Assembly (NCBI GenBank): GCA_051599415.1
Contig: AP039704.1
Span: 124,001-188,000, forward strand
From: Savitreella phatthalungensis
Lineage: Eukaryota
DNA length: 64,000 bases
Direction of reading: 5' to 3'
The notes under the pieces were generated by a model. The model had not been told where the DNA came from. It did not search any database and saw only the letters and a list, made by a program, of their open reading frames with translations. Below are positions 1-11,726 of this stretch, piece by piece. Both the position numbers and the translations under genes were made by a program. The stretch's first letter is position 1. The number at the start of each line of letters is the position of its first letter.

Positions 1-111
1 TGTAATCTTCGGGTGAGCTGACTGCGTCAAGGCAAAAAAATTGAACACGAGAGGACACACACCCCTATCGACCACACTGGAGACCTAGGGCGTCACCCTT
101 TGTACGCACAC

Positions 112-1326
112 ATGCTCTCTTCCCGCACTTCACATCGCCTCCACAAGGCATGTCAGGCTGGTCTGGCCGGACGACGATGCTTCCGATCAGCCCCAGCCGC
201 GTGCGATCGCTCGACACCTCCTAAACCAGTGTCGCAGGCTGATGGCGAAGCTCCACCGGCGACGACGCACTTTGGCTTCAAAGACATCCCATCGTCGATG
301 AAGGAGTCGTTGGTGGGTGGTGTATTTTCGTCGGTGGCTTCGTCGTACGATGTGATGAACGATGTGATGTCGTTGGGCGTTCATCGTGTGTGGAAGGATT
401 CGTTTGTGAGACGGTTGTCTCCTGGGCGGCGTGGTGGGTATGCTGGGCAACGTATCCTGGACGTTGCCGGTGGTACAGGTGACATTGCACTCCGACACCT
501 CGACCATGCGACCGACGTACACTTCGACAGCGCGACCGACGTCCACGTGGTCGACATCAACGGCGCGATGCTGACGCAGGGGATGATTCGTGCGCGCGCG
601 ACGCGGTACTACGACGCCTCCGTCGGTCGAGGCAATACCACGCCTGCTCGCACGCCCGAACACCCAGAAAGCGACGGCAGGGTCGGCCCCAGACTCAGAT
701 TTTCTGTGGGCAACGCAGAAGACCTCGACTTTATCGAGGACAACTCGATCGATATCTACACAATCGCCTTCGGCATCCGCAACGTCACACACATAGATCG
801 CGTCCTCAAAGAGGCATACAGGGTCCTCAAACCAGGCGGCGTCTTCTCCTGCTTGGAGTTCTCGAGTGTGAGGCCTGTGAAGCCACTCGTCGGGGAGAGT
901 TTCGAGACTGCGCGCGGTGATGGATATGGGACCAGTCGGTTCTACGGCGGTGAGGGAAGGGATGATGTGGTGAAGGTGGATGGAGCTTGGAATACTGTAC
1001 GGTCTGCTTTCAGCCGCGTGTACGAGGGTTACTCGTTCAGTGTGATTCCCCTGATGGGAGAGCTCGTTGCTGGGGATCGGGCGAGTTACCAGTACCTTGT
1101 CGAGTCGATCGCTAGATTCCCTGACCAGGAACGCTTTGCAGGCATGATTGCAGACGCAGGATTTTCATTCCCAGGCGTACCACTCGGACACCCGATCCCC
1201 TCAGGTTCACTAGAGGGCAAGGCTTATCATAACCTCAGTCTCGGCATCGCAGCCATTCATACAGGTATCAAGCCTGTCGCGACGAACACAGCTCAGGACA
1301 AGAACTCTACATCTGAACATCTGTAA
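112..1326 (+). CDS. COQ5: Mitochondrial ubiquinone biosynthesis C-methyltransferase (UbiE/COQ5 family)
   Basis: Motifs THFGF, VFSSVASSYDVMNDVMSLGVHRVWK, SAM-binding ILDVAGGTGDIA, YTIAFGIRNVTH and SYQYLVESIARFPDQ. Arg-rich N-terminus. First ATG is at 112 (the ORF track starts at TTG 100). Confidence 0.95.
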   Translation: MLSSRTSHRLHKACQAGLAGRRCFRSAPAACDRSTPPKPVSQADGEAPPATTHFGFKDIPSSMKESLVGGVFSSVASSYDVMNDVMSLGVHRVWKDSFVRRLSPGRRGGYAGQRILDVAGGTGDIALRHLDHATDVHFDSATDVHVVDINGAMLTQGMIRARATRYYDASVGRGNTTPARTPEHPESDGRVGPRLRFSVGNAEDLDFIEDNSIDIYTIAFGIRNVTHIDRVLKEAYRVLKPGGVFSCLEFSSVRPVKPLVGESFETARGDGYGTSRFYGGEGRDDVVKVDGAWNTVRSAFSRVYEGYSFSVIPLMGELVAGDRASYQYLVESIARFPDQERFAGMIADAGFSFPGVPLGHPIPSGSLEGKAYHNLSLGIAAIHTGIKPVATNTAQDKNSTSEHL

Positions 1327-1578
1327 TACATCTTATGACGTGGTCCGGTGATGGTAATTGTGATTAGGAATGGGGATTTGATTAAGGCGGAAAGGCCGTG
1401 CGTTGTCGTTAGCAATGGTAGTGGCAGCGAAGTGAAAGTGAAAGTGAAAGCGTTGCATCTAGTGCTGGTCTATAGAGAATGAGTGAAGCCTGAAGTCGTG
1501 CTGTGGCTGTTGTAAGAACCGTACGTTTGTTACGTTAGCGTGAGAAGGGGAGGAGGCGCGTGTTTGGAAGGAGGGTCT

Positions 1579-4500
1579 TCAGAGCTTGAGCTCTTGGAGA
1601 ATCTTGGAAGCGAGAGACTTGTACTGCCATGAGTTGCCTTGGACTCGCTTGAATTGAACACCGTGGAGGGCGAAGAGAGGGACTTTGACGATGAGGATTT
1701 CGAAGCGGAGGCTGCTGGCGGCTGACGCTTCCGCTGACGCGGATGCCGTTGCCGTGGTGACTGCTGAGGTTGTCGAGGACGTGAGCGTATTCGGGTTTGC
1801 GAGGCTGGCAGGTTGAACAGGAGGCGAGAAGGCCGCGATTGATTCACCGACGCCGCCGGCGATGCTGTCTACACTCTCGTCAGCCTCAGGGCCGAGACCG
1901 GCACCACTGAAGGATCGGGAGGCATTAGATACTGCGCGCTGACGAGTAGCTCGGCGGAAGGACAACGCCCTTCGTGCTTTCGAAGGCGTCCGCACGATAC
2001 CGATCGGCGTAGAGGTAGCCGATGCAGAGAGAGGTTGCTGTTGCAGCTCGCCTGTCGGTGTTGCAACGCCGGGAGTAATAGGCGACATGACGTCTTGGAC
2101 AGTCGCGGCAGCAGCCGACAGAGGTTGCGGCTGTTGTTGTTGTTGTTGCTGCTGCTGGATGCTGGGCCGGTGAAGGCAGGTAAAACCACCCTTGATCTCG
2201 CGATGCTGGACACCCAGCCTGTCGAGGACGCGAATAAGATCGGCTTTGATATCCTTGACTGGCTTGGAAGAAGTCGTGCTGACGGAGAACAGACCTTTGA
2301 GACCTGCGCGCTGGACGCCCTCGTCGGTCTCTTCAGAGCTTTCGCCACCGTTCTTCTTCTCGCCTTGCTTGCTGGCTGTTCCTGTCTTTGAAGCTCGGCC
2401 GCCTTCGGAGACGTTGCCTTGTTCTTGTTGCTGCAGTTGCTGCTGGCGACGAGCAGCGCCAATCTCGTTGCCGCGCAGACCTCCCAGGGACTTAGCGCGC
2501 TGGGCGCTCTTGACGAATTGCGATGCTTCCTCGTGCGTGGTCGCGAGCTCCGATGCGCCCTGACGATACGAGCTGCGAGACACGTTGATGGGACGAACAG
2601 ACTTGTGGCCACCCTCTGAGACACTGACGGCGCGAGCAATCTGGACGGTCGCGCCGGTGGCAGCGGTCGCGCTGCTGCTGGAGCCGGACGTCGGCGGTAG
2701 GCGAGCTGTATCGATCGAGAGGTCCCGATCGGCGTCTCGTGATCGCCTGCCAGACAGAGACTTTCGCGGAGTTGCGAGTTCAGGCGTAACAAGGGTGGTG
2801 GCATTGTCAGGCATTGGCTCAGCAGCGGCGGCTCCCTGTCGAGCTGCTTGACGCATCGCAGCCGCAGTCTCTCCCTTGTACTTGCGCGAACTGAGACGGC
2901 GGAACAGCCCTCCAGCACCGGATCGCTTCGGCTCGCTGATGGTGTTGGCGCGACCGATGATGGCACCTGCTGCGGTTGCCATTGCCGTTCCAGCGGCGGC
3001 CTCTGTCGAAGGTTGCAGCTGTTGCTTTTGAGCGGGATTGACGGAGAGCTGCTCCATGGCTTGACGCACTTCCGCTTCGCCGTGAGTGCGAGAGCGTGTG
3101 CGGGAAGATCCCTTTGATGCGCCCGCTGCGGATCCTGGCTCCTTGACTTCGTAGCTTGTGGAGCCCTGATGAGCGACTTCTGGCACAGGAATCACGGGAA
3201 CTTCGACATTTGGTCGCATGAGCGCGTCAGCAATGTCACGTGCGGGCTGCATGCGCTCCCGGTCACGGACTTGCTTCTCGCGCTCCTGCTTCTCCCGAAC
3301 GAGGTAGTAGATCGACAGTAGTGGATGGTATGATCGTGTCGGGTCGATGTAGCGTGAGTCCGGACCGTGGCCGTTGCCAATTGTGGCAGAAGCGGCTGTC
3401 GCCGCAGTATCGCCTCCTGGCATGCTAGCAAGACCGGAAGGTCGCCGACTGCTGAGACCGCCGCGGGCGTTCCAGCCATCGACGGCAGCTTGGTAATCTG
3501 ACGACTGGACGATCTGCTCGAGCTTGAGCTGAATAGCGTCTGCGTTGCCAAAGTCGAAGCCTGTCATGCCTTCGACGACGTTGCGGTCGAGCGGAAGGGT
3601 GATGGGCTCACGTCGGCGGATGTAGCTCTCGACAGGTGCGTCGTATCCTTTGAGCATCCAGGGGTGATTGATGACTTCAGCAATGGTTGCGCGTTGCGTC
3701 GGGTCGACGACAAGCATCCGCGCAATCAAGTGCTTGCACTCTGCCGACAGCCAGGAAGGGTACTCAACGACGCCGCGCTTGATTTTGGCATGGAGAGCGG
3801 GCATGTTCTGGTCGTCAAAGGGGACCTTGCCGCAAACAAGGACGTAGAGCACGATGCCAAATGACCAGACGTCGACCTCTGGGCCTGTGTAGGCGCGCGC
3901 GTTGAGAAGCTCGGGAGCGGCGAAGTATAGGGAGCCGCAGAAGGTGTTGAGCTGTGATCGAGGGGAGAAGAGATTGGAGAGACCAAAATCGATGATCTTG
4001 ATATCACCGAGCTTGGAGATGAGGATGTTCTCGATTTTGAGGTCTCGGTGGACGACGCTGTTATAGTGACAGTAGTCGAGGGCTGAAGCGATTTGACGGG
4101 CAAATTTGCGAGCTCCCTTTTCCTTAAGCTTGCCATGTGAGATGATGTAGTCGAGCATCTGCCCACCATCGACGTACTCGAAGAGCATGTAGAAGTGGTG
4201 TGACATGATCATCATGTCTCGCATGCCACAGATGTATGGGTGGACGAGCAGGGTTCCGATGGCTGCCTCACGGATTGTCCTGATCTCCTTTGACTCGTCC
4301 TGCTCCCGCTTTTTCGTCTCGCTCGCGTCTTCGGGTGGCAGGCCAGCTGCTGCGCGGGTTCGGGGATCACGGATCCTTGGACGTGGGATGATTTTCACGG
4401 CACACTGCTCTCCCGTCGACTGGTGTCGTGCGAGCTTGACCTTGCCCATGGAACCTGCACCGATGGTCTTGTCAAATAGCCACGGTCCGAGGTTTCGTCG

Positions 4501-4797
4501 CTTGACTGGCTGTGGTGTCGCATGTGAGAGGGATGATTGGGCGGCGGAGGTGGACTGAGGGGGTGCTGCTGAGCCATCGTTATCGTAGTGATGAGCGGTA
4601 CGCTTTGTGGGCGACGGTGGTGGAGGCACGTGACTGGCTTCGAGATGTCTGGGTGCAGCTGAGACAGACGCTGTTGCAGACACTACGCCTGGTCCTGACA
4701 CTGTTCTTCCAGATCCCCTCGATCCTGGCACTGGCTGGCCCAAGTGATGTGGATCTCGAGGTGAGGAAGTGGGAATGGCTAGTGTTGGGGATGCCAT
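1579..4797 (-). CDS. KIN1: Kin1/Kin2 (MARK/Par-1) serine/threonine kinase with C-terminal KA1 domain
   Basis: Kinase motifs GAGSMGKVK, HRDLKIEN, DFG, TFCGSLYFAAPE. Kin1-type KGLFSVSTTS and KA1 terminus LRFEILIVKVPLFALHGVQFKRVQGNSWQYK. Confidence 0.95.
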   Translation of the reverse strand: MASPTLAIPTSSPRDPHHLGQPVPGSRGSGRTVSGPGVVSATASVSAAPRHLEASHVPPPPSPTKRTAHHYDNDGSAAPPQSTSAAQSSLSHATPQPVKRRNLGPWLFDKTIGAGSMGKVKLARHQSTGEQCAVKIIPRPRIRDPRTRAAAGLPPEDASETKKREQDESKEIRTIREAAIGTLLVHPYICGMRDMMIMSHHFYMLFEYVDGGQMLDYIISHGKLKEKGARKFARQIASALDYCHYNSVVHRDLKIENILISKLGDIKIIDFGLSNLFSPRSQLNTFCGSLYFAAPELLNARAYTGPEVDVWSFGIVLYVLVCGKVPFDDQNMPALHAKIKRGVVEYPSWLSAECKHLIARMLVVDPTQRATIAEVINHPWMLKGYDAPVESYIRRREPITLPLDRNVVEGMTGFDFGNADAIQLKLEQIVQSSDYQAAVDGWNARGGLSSRRPSGLASMPGGDTAATAASATIGNGHGPDSRYIDPTRSYHPLLSIYYLVREKQEREKQVRDRERMQPARDIADALMRPNVEVPVIPVPEVAHQGSTSYEVKEPGSAAGASKGSSRTRSRTHGEAEVRQAMEQLSVNPAQKQQLQPSTEAAAGTAMATAAGAIIGRANTISEPKRSGAGGLFRRLSSRKYKGETAAAMRQAARQGAAAAEPMPDNATTLVTPELATPRKSLSGRRSRDADRDLSIDTARLPPTSGSSSSATAATGATVQIARAVSVSEGGHKSVRPINVSRSSYRQGASELATTHEEASQFVKSAQRAKSLGGLRGNEIGAARRQQQLQQQEQGNVSEGGRASKTGTASKQGEKKNGGESSEETDEGVQRAGLKGLFSVSTTSSKPVKDIKADLIRVLDRLGVQHREIKGGFTCLHRPSIQQQQQQQQQPQPLSAAAATVQDVMSPITPGVATPTGELQQQPLSASATSTPIGIVRTPSKARRALSFRRATRQRAVSNASRSFSGAGLGPEADESVDSIAGGVGESIAAFSPPVQPASLANPNTLTSSTTSAVTTATASASAEASAASSLRFEILIVKVPLFALHGVQFKRVQGNSWQYKSLASKILQELKL

Positions 4798-5658
4798 GAT
4801 GTATGTAATGGGTGAGGTGGATTAGAAGAGCTAATCCTCACAGAAGAGAGAGTGTGGAAAGGAGACGGATCCTGTCGATTGGCCTACAGGATCGCCAAAG
4901 CGCAACGAATGCGAATTGATTCTGTGGAGTGGAGAGTGCGTCAAGATGATGGAGTGAGAATGATGCGTTTGCGTGGATGGCTTGCGATGATCTGTGAGCA
5001 GATTGATGAAGGGGAAGGAAAGCGCTATGAGTTGCCTGTCACTTTGACGTGATGATCTGCAACGGGCACTAGGCGGGTAGATGACTTAGCAAAGTCTTAC
5101 AGGATTTAGAAGCGTATGTCAGATGGCTAGGAGAGTGCGCTCTCTACTGACTTTTCTACTGCGTAGTGTAGTGTAGTGTAGTGTATCCTTGTATGGATGT
5201 GTGTATGTAGGTATGTAGGTAAGTTTGTTGAGCAAGGGCGTACAGGCGTATGAGTGTTTGTGCGCGTGCGTGCTTGCGTGCGTGCGTGCGTTTAAATTTG
5301 TGCGCGTACGTGTAGAAGGGGACAAATTAGGAAAAAATGGAATGATTTTGGATGGATTTTAAAGGGTAATATCAGATATTAAATCATTTGCGTCATTCCT
5401 TTCTTTATTTTTTCCCCATCGAACTATTGAATGCTTAGATGAGTGATTATTTATCCATTGTATTGTGTATAAGGTTCTGCTGGAATTGCTATAAATAGAC
5501 TTCACCAGCCAACCTTCACGCCATACTCCCTTTTCCATTCATCCATCCTCTTGCTCATGGGCTGTCTTCGAGTTCTGGTCTGATGCTATTGTTTTGGATG
5601 AGCGCATCTATTCTGTTGTGCTGTGTTGTGCTGCTGTGGCTTCTCCTGTGTTTCTGTC

Positions 5659-8253
5659 TCATGTGAGGTAATGACCTACGAGGGAGAGTTCCTTGACGTA
5701 GATTGCCAGTTTGCCGCTTCTTTGCATAGGCTCGCTTAGCTTTCCTGCAACTAGGACTGCGAGTTCCATGGCTGCTGGGATATCCCTGCCTTCCTGCGCT
5801 GCTAGGATGCCATGCAGCCTGAGGACTGCTTCTGGAACGTATAGGGTCCTGATCCTGTGGAGTTCGTCTGTCACTGGGTCTTCCGGTGACAGGTCTAGTT
5901 TCGATGGATCTGCATAGTCAGACTCGAGCACTTTCGACAACGAAGCAACAGCGTCAGCGCGTAGTCTGGCGACGTCCGATTTCCACTGCCGTAGACCGAT
6001 CGGGTCACGCCGTCCTCCTACTACACCTCCACCGGTAACACTGCCAGAGCCAGACACGTGCTGCTGCTGTTCTTCGGGGCGACGGCGGATGACCGCTTTC
6101 CAGGCCTCGTACCTCGCGAACGCACGAGCCACGCCACAGTGCCCGACGTATTCGATCGCCTGACGAATTCGATCCGCAGAATCCTCTCCTTCAAGATCGT
6201 CTCCTTCTGCGACTTCTTCCTCCTCGGATGATCCGCCAATCGCCCAACTTGACGGCACGACCGAGAGATCTGGCATGGCGCCCTCGAGCTGCTTGGCTGC
6301 GTTGACCCTGCCTGCTAGCAGCAGCCTGCGAAACAGTGCATTGCCTAGCGTGAGCGTCTGCGGTGTGAGACCATCGTCTAGCTTGAGCCAGCCTGTGGCA
6401 TTGATGGCCCTGGCTTCATAATCTGTCATTGCTGTATCCGCCTGTGCGAAGGTGATGGTGGGTGCATCTGCGCCTGCATCTGCGCCTGCATTTGTGGGGA
6501 CGACGTTCTCCAGCGTTTCTTGGAAGATTGTCTCGACGGTTCGTAGGATGAGTATCCTGGTGTCAAGACCATTGTCGCGTGCTGCGCGCAGGTACGCCTT
6601 TCGATCTTCGAGTTCTTCAACGGTTGCGAGGAATCGAGACATGGACTCCATGGCGAGATCTGTCGGGAGCTCTGCGGCATAGATCGCCACCGCCGACCCG
6701 TATCCGGCGCTCGTCATCAGGTCAATGTACGCCTGGACGACAGCCGATGTGGCTTCTACTGGAACGCCGACGCCCATCTGTCGGAGGGCGAGGGCAAGGT
6801 GAGTGACGACTCGGAGGACGTTGGGATCCGCAGCGATTGTCGCTTGCCCGCCGTTCCGGATTGAGAGCAGTTGGTTGTGCATATCGACCAGGAGTGCATC
6901 GAGACCGTCAGTGATGATTCGCGCCTGAATCACGCGCATCGGCGAGCGTGCCTCGAGTGCGAGGGCGTCGTCCCCGTCGTCTGCATGCATGAGCGAGTCG
7001 AGTACTTGGGCCGTCGATGGTCCTTCGAGTGGCGGCGCAGGGAAGCCTGCGATGTCTGAGACACGTTCGTGCTCCTTCATGAACAGTTCGAGCCTCCGCT
7101 GGGTTGCTGCATTCAAATGTGCCCACAGATGATCTTCCCAGGAGGTACATGCCGGTCGGACGGCATCGACGTCACCGCACAGCGCGCCGTACACAGCCCG
7201 TTCGTGCAAGTCGATGGATGTCTCCTTGGCTAGCGCATAGCACATCCGCCGCCAGAGCGCTTTTCGAGGATTGCCCTCAATCCTGCCACCATCCATCTCA
7301 TCTTCGCCGTTTTCTGCAAAAGAGACATCCCTGCGCGGGTCACTGTGCTCGACAAAGCCCTGCATACTCGCTGCTCGCCAGTGGTCGCCCGATGCTCGAC
7401 ACAGTTCTGCTGCTTCTGCGAACTCGCCCGCGCGGATGTGGCTGAAGAGTGCTCTTAGCATCACGCGCTCGTAATCGAGATCGCGGTCGTCGAGCCGCTT
7501 GCCCTGGCGGACTGGTGCATCCGGGTCTAACTCCGAGACCGTGTTGGCGTTCAGATCACCTGAACCTAGACCCTTGTCGAATGTTCGACCTCGAGTCTTT
7601 ATGCTCTCGCGCGTGTACAGCCAGCGATTACCTCTGAGCTCGCCGTCGAGCGGGATGGAAGCAGCACCGTCGCGCAGCCAGTCGAGGACGAGCCTGGCTT
7701 CTGCTGCAGACGAATCTGTCTCGTAGAGCAGTCTTTCGAGCGCACGGTTTGAGATCCTGTCGATATCGACTGCTAGATCTGCAGCCGATGGCACTTGCCG
7801 TGTCCGCTCGAGGTAGAGTCGTTGGACGAGGTCCCAAGTTCGGCATTCCAGCTGCCATGCACGAGCTTCTCCAGAATCAGCCTCACCAGCGTCCGCCAGC
7901 GCTTCCACCCGCTCGCTGCCGATCGAGTAGAACTGGGCCAGCAAGCCATTCTCGCCAAACAGCTCACCACCTCTACCCGCACGCAGCGCTTCTGCATATT
8001 CCTCAATCTCATTCCCGAGCTCGTATTCGACTGCAAGAGCGTCTTCATCGATGCCCAGACCATTCGGCTCGCCCGTTTTGACCTTGACAGCGGCTACTGG
8101 CACGTTGACATCACGTATGCCTGTATTAGAGCGCGTCTGGGACTGAGACATCGAACTGTGGTCGTCGTCATTATCAAGATCGATGATGTCTGTAGCGCCA
8201 GAGACAGATCTACCAAAGACCTGTCTTAGCTTTGACGGCGGCAGTGTAGACAT
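5659..8253 (-). CDS. NUP84: Nuclear pore Y-complex nucleoporin Nup84/Nup107
   Basis: Nup107-family motifs WQLECRTWDL, ELDPDAPVRQ, WRAASMQG, LWRRMC, ERAVYGALCGD, SWEDHLWA, RTLYVPE. Confidence 0.92.
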   Translation of the reverse strand: MSTLPPSKLRQVFGRSVSGATDIIDLDNDDDHSSMSQSQTRSNTGIRDVNVPVAAVKVKTGEPNGLGIDEDALAVEYELGNEIEEYAEALRAGRGGELFGENGLLAQFYSIGSERVEALADAGEADSGEARAWQLECRTWDLVQRLYLERTRQVPSAADLAVDIDRISNRALERLLYETDSSAAEARLVLDWLRDGAASIPLDGELRGNRWLYTRESIKTRGRTFDKGLGSGDLNANTVSELDPDAPVRQGKRLDDRDLDYERVMLRALFSHIRAGEFAEAAELCRASGDHWRAASMQGFVEHSDPRRDVSFAENGEDEMDGGRIEGNPRKALWRRMCYALAKETSIDLHERAVYGALCGDVDAVRPACTSWEDHLWAHLNAATQRRLELFMKEHERVSDIAGFPAPPLEGPSTAQVLDSLMHADDGDDALALEARSPMRVIQARIITDGLDALLVDMHNQLLSIRNGGQATIAADPNVLRVVTHLALALRQMGVGVPVEATSAVVQAYIDLMTSAGYGSAVAIYAAELPTDLAMESMSRFLATVEELEDRKAYLRAARDNGLDTRILILRTVETIFQETLENVVPTNAGADAGADAPTITFAQADTAMTDYEARAINATGWLKLDDGLTPQTLTLGNALFRRLLLAGRVNAAKQLEGAMPDLSVVPSSWAIGGSSEEEEVAEGDDLEGEDSADRIRQAIEYVGHCGVARAFARYEAWKAVIRRRPEEQQQHVSGSGSVTGGGVVGGRRDPIGLRQWKSDVARLRADAVASLSKVLESDYADPSKLDLSPEDPVTDELHRIRTLYVPEAVLRLHGILAAQEGRDIPAAMELAVLVAGKLSEPMQRSGKLAIYVKELSLVGHYLT

Positions 8254-8700
8254 GATTTATAAAGTCATTGAGAAGGTATGTATAGATTGTCTTAGACCCT
8301 TTGAAGGTCAGCTGCGTTGTGTGGTGGGTATAAAGGATGTGGACGTCCTTTGTGTCCCCTTAGGAATGAGTGCTGTGTGGATGTTGTCGCGTTTGTGCAT
8401 TCATCCTTATCCACATGTGCATATCCATGTGCACGAGAAATCAGATCAATGAGCCGCCGTCAGTGTAGTACAAAAATAGGACGACGCCTGTGACGCAACC
8501 GACCGAGCACAATCCTCAACCCTACCCGGTAAACTCATCTACAGCATCAGCATCAGCAGTTGAAGGCAGTCAAAGTCACTCATTCATACACCAACTTCAT
8601 CACTGAGGAACTCTTCATTCAGTAGTGACCACATTCTATCCTTCCTACACGGGGGCATACTCATTGCTTTACACGTTCCGTCGTCCTTCTAGCTACATCG

Positions 8701-9924
8701 ATGTCACTACCGGTGCTGATCGCTGTGCCGCCGAGCTCAGGCGAGTCTACGGGTGATAGAGCATACGATTCGCTGCGAGGTTTGGTGAGTGGGACGTCCG
8801 GTGGGAACGGTCTTGGTGGGGCGACGCGGTTTCGGATTCCCGTTGATCAGCTGAAGGTCGGTACGCTCGATGGGCTAATGCAGAGTGCTGAGGAGCTTGG
8901 TAAGCTTGATACGCAGGCTGAAGGATGGGTGTACAAGATTTCGGAGGTGTTGAAAGGTGTTGTGCAGGGTGATGCTGGAAAGCTGGCTGAGCAGCAGCGG
9001 ATTGACGGCAGCAAGACGCCCCACACATACATTGCCGAGTTCACATGGTCGTCGATCAAATACCGTGCCGATCGGCCGCTCGCACAGCTGATGGAGACGA
9101 TGTCGCGCGAAGGTGCGACGCTGGAGTCTGACGTGCGGGCAAAGTATGCACAGTACAACGCGACACGGTCACAGCTTCAGGCGTACACGCGCCGTGCACA
9201 GGGTAACCTGTCTACCAGGCACCTGGGCGAAGTCGTGAGGCGCGAACACGTCGTCCAGGGAAGCGAGTACCTGGAGACCCGGTTCTTCGCCGTGCCAGCA
9301 CAGCGTACCAAGGAGTGGGAGAACGGGTACGAATCCCTGTCGAAGATGGTGGTCCCACGATCGAGCACCAAGATCTCTGCCGACTCGGAGTACGCACTTT
9401 ACAGTGTCGTCTTGTTCAAGAAGTTCGCATCGGAGTTCGCTGACCGCGCAAGAGACCGCAAGTTCATCCCGCGCGACTTCACGTATGATGCAGAGGAAGC
9501 ACGCAAGGCTAGACAGCAGTACGAGACGGCACAGCAGGATGAGAAGCGGCAGTGGGGCGAAGTGCTCCGACTGTGTTCCGCCTCGTTCAGTGATGCGTTT
9601 GTGTTGTGGATCCACGTCAAGGCACTGCGGACGTTTGTCGAGGCAGTCCTGAGGTACGGCCTGCCGCCCAACTTTGCAGCAGCCGTCATCACACCGGCAA
9701 AGGGCAAAGACAAGCAGCTGTCAAAGGCGCTCGCGCAGAAGTACGAGTATCTTGCAGATCGTACCTTCCAGGCAGCCGGCATGGAGTCCAGCAAGCAGAA
9801 GAAGAAAGTTCAAGGTGGGCAGGAAGGTCTGGAAGAGTCTGTCAATGCAGTCGAGTCTGGATTCGGTCTTGATGGCGACTACGTTCCGTACGTGGCCTTT
9901 CCTATCAACTGGCCCGTCGCATAG
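8701..9924 (+). CDS. VMA5: V-type ATPase V1 subunit C
   Basis: LKVGTLD, FTWSSIKY, GNLSTR, SEYLET, MVVPRSS, WIHVKALRTFVEAVLRYGLPPNF, YVPYV. Confidence 0.95.
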   Translation: MSLPVLIAVPPSSGESTGDRAYDSLRGLVSGTSGGNGLGGATRFRIPVDQLKVGTLDGLMQSAEELGKLDTQAEGWVYKISEVLKGVVQGDAGKLAEQQRIDGSKTPHTYIAEFTWSSIKYRADRPLAQLMETMSREGATLESDVRAKYAQYNATRSQLQAYTRRAQGNLSTRHLGEVVRREHVVQGSEYLETRFFAVPAQRTKEWENGYESLSKMVVPRSSTKISADSEYALYSVVLFKKFASEFADRARDRKFIPRDFTYDAEEARKARQQYETAQQDEKRQWGEVLRLCSASFSDAFVLWIHVKALRTFVEAVLRYGLPPNFAAAVITPAKGKDKQLSKALAQKYEYLADRTFQAAGMESSKQKKKVQGGQEGLEESVNAVESGFGLDGDYVPYVAFPINWPVA

Positions 9925-10138
9925 AGAGTGGTCCAAGACAGGTAGCGCAAAAAAGACTGTCTCAGATGTGAGAGGTGGAGGTGATTGGGTGGAGGTCATG
10001 AAATTTCAAATTCATAAGGCTAGTTACTATATGTGACTTTGCTCGTGTCCGTCGTCATATCATCAAAAAGGCCATCGATCGTGCTCAGAGCACAGGCACT
10101 GCCTTGCTTCTTCCCACTGATCTACCGGCTCATGCATA

Positions 10139-11200
10139 TCATCCAACCTGTGACAGCAGGTACTCGTACAACGTCCAGGTGAAGGCTGAGCTGACTGATT
10201 TGCGAGCGACCCTGATACCTACGCCATCCAAGAGAGCTCTTGGTCCCTGATCTCTGATGACGAGCAATGCGCAGTGGAAGAAGTTCCTGTAGAGATCCGG
10301 TCTGAGCTGTAGTCTTGTACGGAGGACGTCGAATGGGTTTGTGAGTAGTGTGGCGATTGTGCCTGCTGTGAGGCCTGAGACGAAGTTGACTGCTGTGGCT
10401 GTGGCTGTCGGGATTGGGCCGAGCTGATCTGCTGTGAGAGATTTGGAGAGATGTTGTTTGCACCACTCGTATGCGCCGACGTAGAGTCCTGCATGTGGGG
10501 CGTCCCTCATGGCTGTCGCGCCTGCGCCCTTGAAGAATCCCCTGAGGCCGTGGGTGGCGTGGATGTCGCGCGTGGCGGAGATCAGCGACTTGTAGTCGTA
10601 GAAACTCGACTCATACCTCACCTTGACCACCGTCACGGGCATCATGACAAATCCGACCAGTGCCCTTGCTGCCGCACCTGTCAGCAGATTCGCTTGTCCG
10701 CTCAACGTCGGCAGTCGGGAAGTGCTTGTGTTGCTGCTGCTGCTGCTGCTGCCTCCCGCGCCGTGCTCACCTGCACGGGACAGCGCCTGGCGCATCTCAT
10801 TCAGCGTGAAGAAGTAGAGGCCTGAGCCGACAGAGGATCTAAAGACTGACGGCAGTGTGCCTCGCCACAGCCTGAGGACGTTACGCTGGGATCCAGTGCC
10901 GACGAGGTCGCGAAAGACAACGACCAAACTACCGTGCCGGCCCTGCTGTAGCCGTGTCTTGACCACATCGAATGGCTGCAGAGCCGCCGAGGAGAGCAGG
11001 CCGCCAAAGGAGCCTGCAAATAGATGACGCTGCCCGCCAGCGGACGACTTTCTTGCGAGCTGCGTCGGCGATGTGGCAGTTGTACCGACCAGGACTTCAG
11101 CTGCAGGGCTCACTGGCGAGACCGTGATGGGAGTGGTTGCGGCGGAGGCTCGTAGACCTGTAGGAGCTGCATGTCTCTCTGAGTCCGCGTGATCCAGCAT
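10139..11200 (-). CDS. HEM25: Mitochondrial glycine carrier (SLC25A38/Hem25)
   Basis: Three carrier repeats (QPFDVVKTRLQ, MPVTVVKVRYE, NPFDVLRTRLQ) plus LWRGTLPS and RDAP, typical of the SLC25A38 subfamily. Confidence 0.88.
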   Translation of the reverse strand: MLDHADSERHAAPTGLRASAATTPITVSPVSPAAEVLVGTTATSPTQLARKSSAGGQRHLFAGSFGGLLSSAALQPFDVVKTRLQQGRHGSLVVVFRDLVGTGSQRNVLRLWRGTLPSVFRSSVGSGLYFFTLNEMRQALSRAGEHGAGGSSSSSSNTSTSRLPTLSGQANLLTGAAARALVGFVMMPVTVVKVRYESSFYDYKSLISATRDIHATHGLRGFFKGAGATAMRDAPHAGLYVGAYEWCKQHLSKSLTADQLGPIPTATATAVNFVSGLTAGTIATLLTNPFDVLRTRLQLRPDLYRNFFHCALLVIRDQGPRALLDGVGIRVARKSVSSAFTWTLYEYLLSQVG

Positions 11201-11726
11201 GCGGAGACGGAGGTGAACTAGCTCTTACACTAGACCGTAATGCTCATCTGAACAATGCGTGAAGGAGAAGAGAGAGAGAGAGAGAGAGATATACGAGCTC
11301 TGGGTTTGTATGATGAGATAAAGATGGAGGAGTGAGTAGGTGTGCTGGTGGATGGTTTGATAGGTAGATAGAAGATCTATTGGTAGATATTGGAGCTCCA
11401 CTGACAAAGACGTTGCACCGGATGTCGCCTGTTTCCCGTGCAAAAGAATCTGAATCTGCATTTCATGCATCCAATTTAATTACCGTGACCAAATCGTGCA
11501 TCGATCTAATCAATCGATCGATGGATGCACTGATCGTAAAATTCCATCTGTGTGGATCACATGCGCAGAGACACATATGCGCATGCATGTGCACGTGCAC
11601 GGACTGCTGGATGCATATAGACAAATGAGATTGATCTGCCCACCTTCAGGCACTCTCCCTTTCAACCACTCCATATACACTCGCTCAAGAGAGGGCTCTT
11701 TGGTTCTCACCTGAGCGTGAACGGTC

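Noticed and set aside
1869..2966. 365-aa alternative-frame ORF inside KIN1, and similar shadow ORFs (17141-17950, 30513-31370, 35387-36187)
   Set aside because: They overlap well-supported genes, show no recognisable motifs, and are expected in GC-rich coding DNA.
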